DNA of 64,000 nucleotides from Cirrosporium novae-zelandiae (Eukaryota): NCBI GenBank assembly GCA_026023565.1, contig JAPETS010000003.1, positions 620,001 to 684,000 of the forward strand, read 5' to 3'. Shown piece by piece: positions 62,914 to 64,000 of this stretch (position 1 is its first letter; each line of letters starts with the position of its first letter). The notes under the pieces were generated by a model. It saw only the letters and a program-made list of their open reading frames with translations, ran no database searches and was not told where the DNA came from. The position numbers and the translations under genes were made by a program.

Positions 62914-64000
62914 AGAGGTGGTGATTGATCCCGAAGAATTATGTTTATTCTTCTGATATCATGGTTAGTGAATGATAATGGTTGAAAATGGGATCCAGGT
63001 TACGGTTCTGTGTTTACAGGAACGATATCCTTGTCATGAAAAGATGCTTCATGTTTTCTTATGAATACTCTCTTGTCTGACTGTCTGCATATCTTGCAAC
63101 TTGAAAAGGTGGGTTGATTCATATTTATGAACGCACTTTCAGCTTTATCCAACTTCCTTTACACTTATCTTCTATCTCAAACTTTTCGTTCCACTTTTTC
63201 GACCCATACCATACTCATCGCTCTCATCCAATCGAATTCCTACCTGTCCAGCATCCTTGATTTATTTTCGACATCATCCATATTATTCAAATTCACATAT
63301 CTCATCTCATCTCATTCCATCTCATCACTCCCATAAAAGAATCCAGCAAGAAGCCTGCCGACGTGATATAATACAAAACCACGAATAAATCCCACCGTCC
63401 ATCCGGAACCCGCTTTTCCATTACTATAATTCCACCCATCCACTCCACTCCAATTTTACTATAGGCCTCTTCCAGGTGGGCCGCATCGCACACCATAGCA
63501 AGCGGGAAAGGAAATAGAACCGCAAGTGAAACTCCAAGTCCAAGCGGGAGTCCAAGCGCAAGGGGGGGTGGGGAGGTCGTCCAGTCGGCAAGAAAGTTCG
63601 GCGGAAGGCGACCTCCATTCCTAAGGCTCCACCTAAATCTACCCACCGCCCTTTTTTTTTGCTTTTGGCATTTTTATCATTTTCGCTTCTTCGATTTTTT
63701 TTTGGTTTTTTTTCTAGAACTTTAATACCAATGGTTTTTTAAGCCCGCGCCCTCGGTTCTCGACTGGGGGGGCGGGAGGACACTTGGAAAACTTAGATTT
63801 TCGGATTGATTGGAAAACCTAGCTTACTTTGCGACGATAGGGATCGCTGGATGCGCCGTGTTGGGTGGAGAAGCTTATTTAGACTGTCTGCCCTGTAGAT
63901 AGTGTATAGCTTAGTAGATAAATAATGACTTATTTATGGTTACACAATTTCTTTTCCCTTTTTTTGAAGCAGAGAGGGAAAGTTTATATTGGATATTCTA

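Noticed and set aside
63590..63605. GAAAGTTCGGCG resembling RNase P RNA CR-I
   Set aside because: No complementary CR-V/P4 partner is visible downstream within the window.

Overview
Eukaryotic DNA from a filamentous ascomycete (Pezizomycotina-like). This is inferred from short GT..AG introns with CTRAC-type branch sites, fungal gene families and microsatellite-rich intergenic DNA. I reconstructed about 21 protein-coding genes by hand-splicing. Housekeeping genes: COG2, a head-to-head pair of mitoribosomal genes (uL1m/bL21m), glutamyl-tRNA synthetase and PI-phospholipase C. Other recognisable genes: two secreted CAZymes (GH106-like, GH3), maiA and fahA, two zinc-finger regulators, a CorA-like protein and a PTH11-like membrane protein. 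Four small spliced genes are missed or mis-translated by the ORF track: a defensin, a CYSTM protein, a 74-aa zinc-ribbon protein and a 103-aa cupin. The most notable item is a plectasin-class CS-alpha-beta defensin gene (21131-21469, minus) whose 46-aa mature peptide has an unusually long basic loop and an extra seventh cysteine. Also notable: a solo Gag-like ORF between maiA and fahA, an unclustered VirC/FogC/SrdD-like cupin, an orphan membrane protein with a tandem 90-aa domain, and a recurrent intergenic TAC..GTA palindrome family. I could not support any rRNA, tRNA, CRISPR array or intact transposon. Family assignments come from motif recognition only; no database searches were run.
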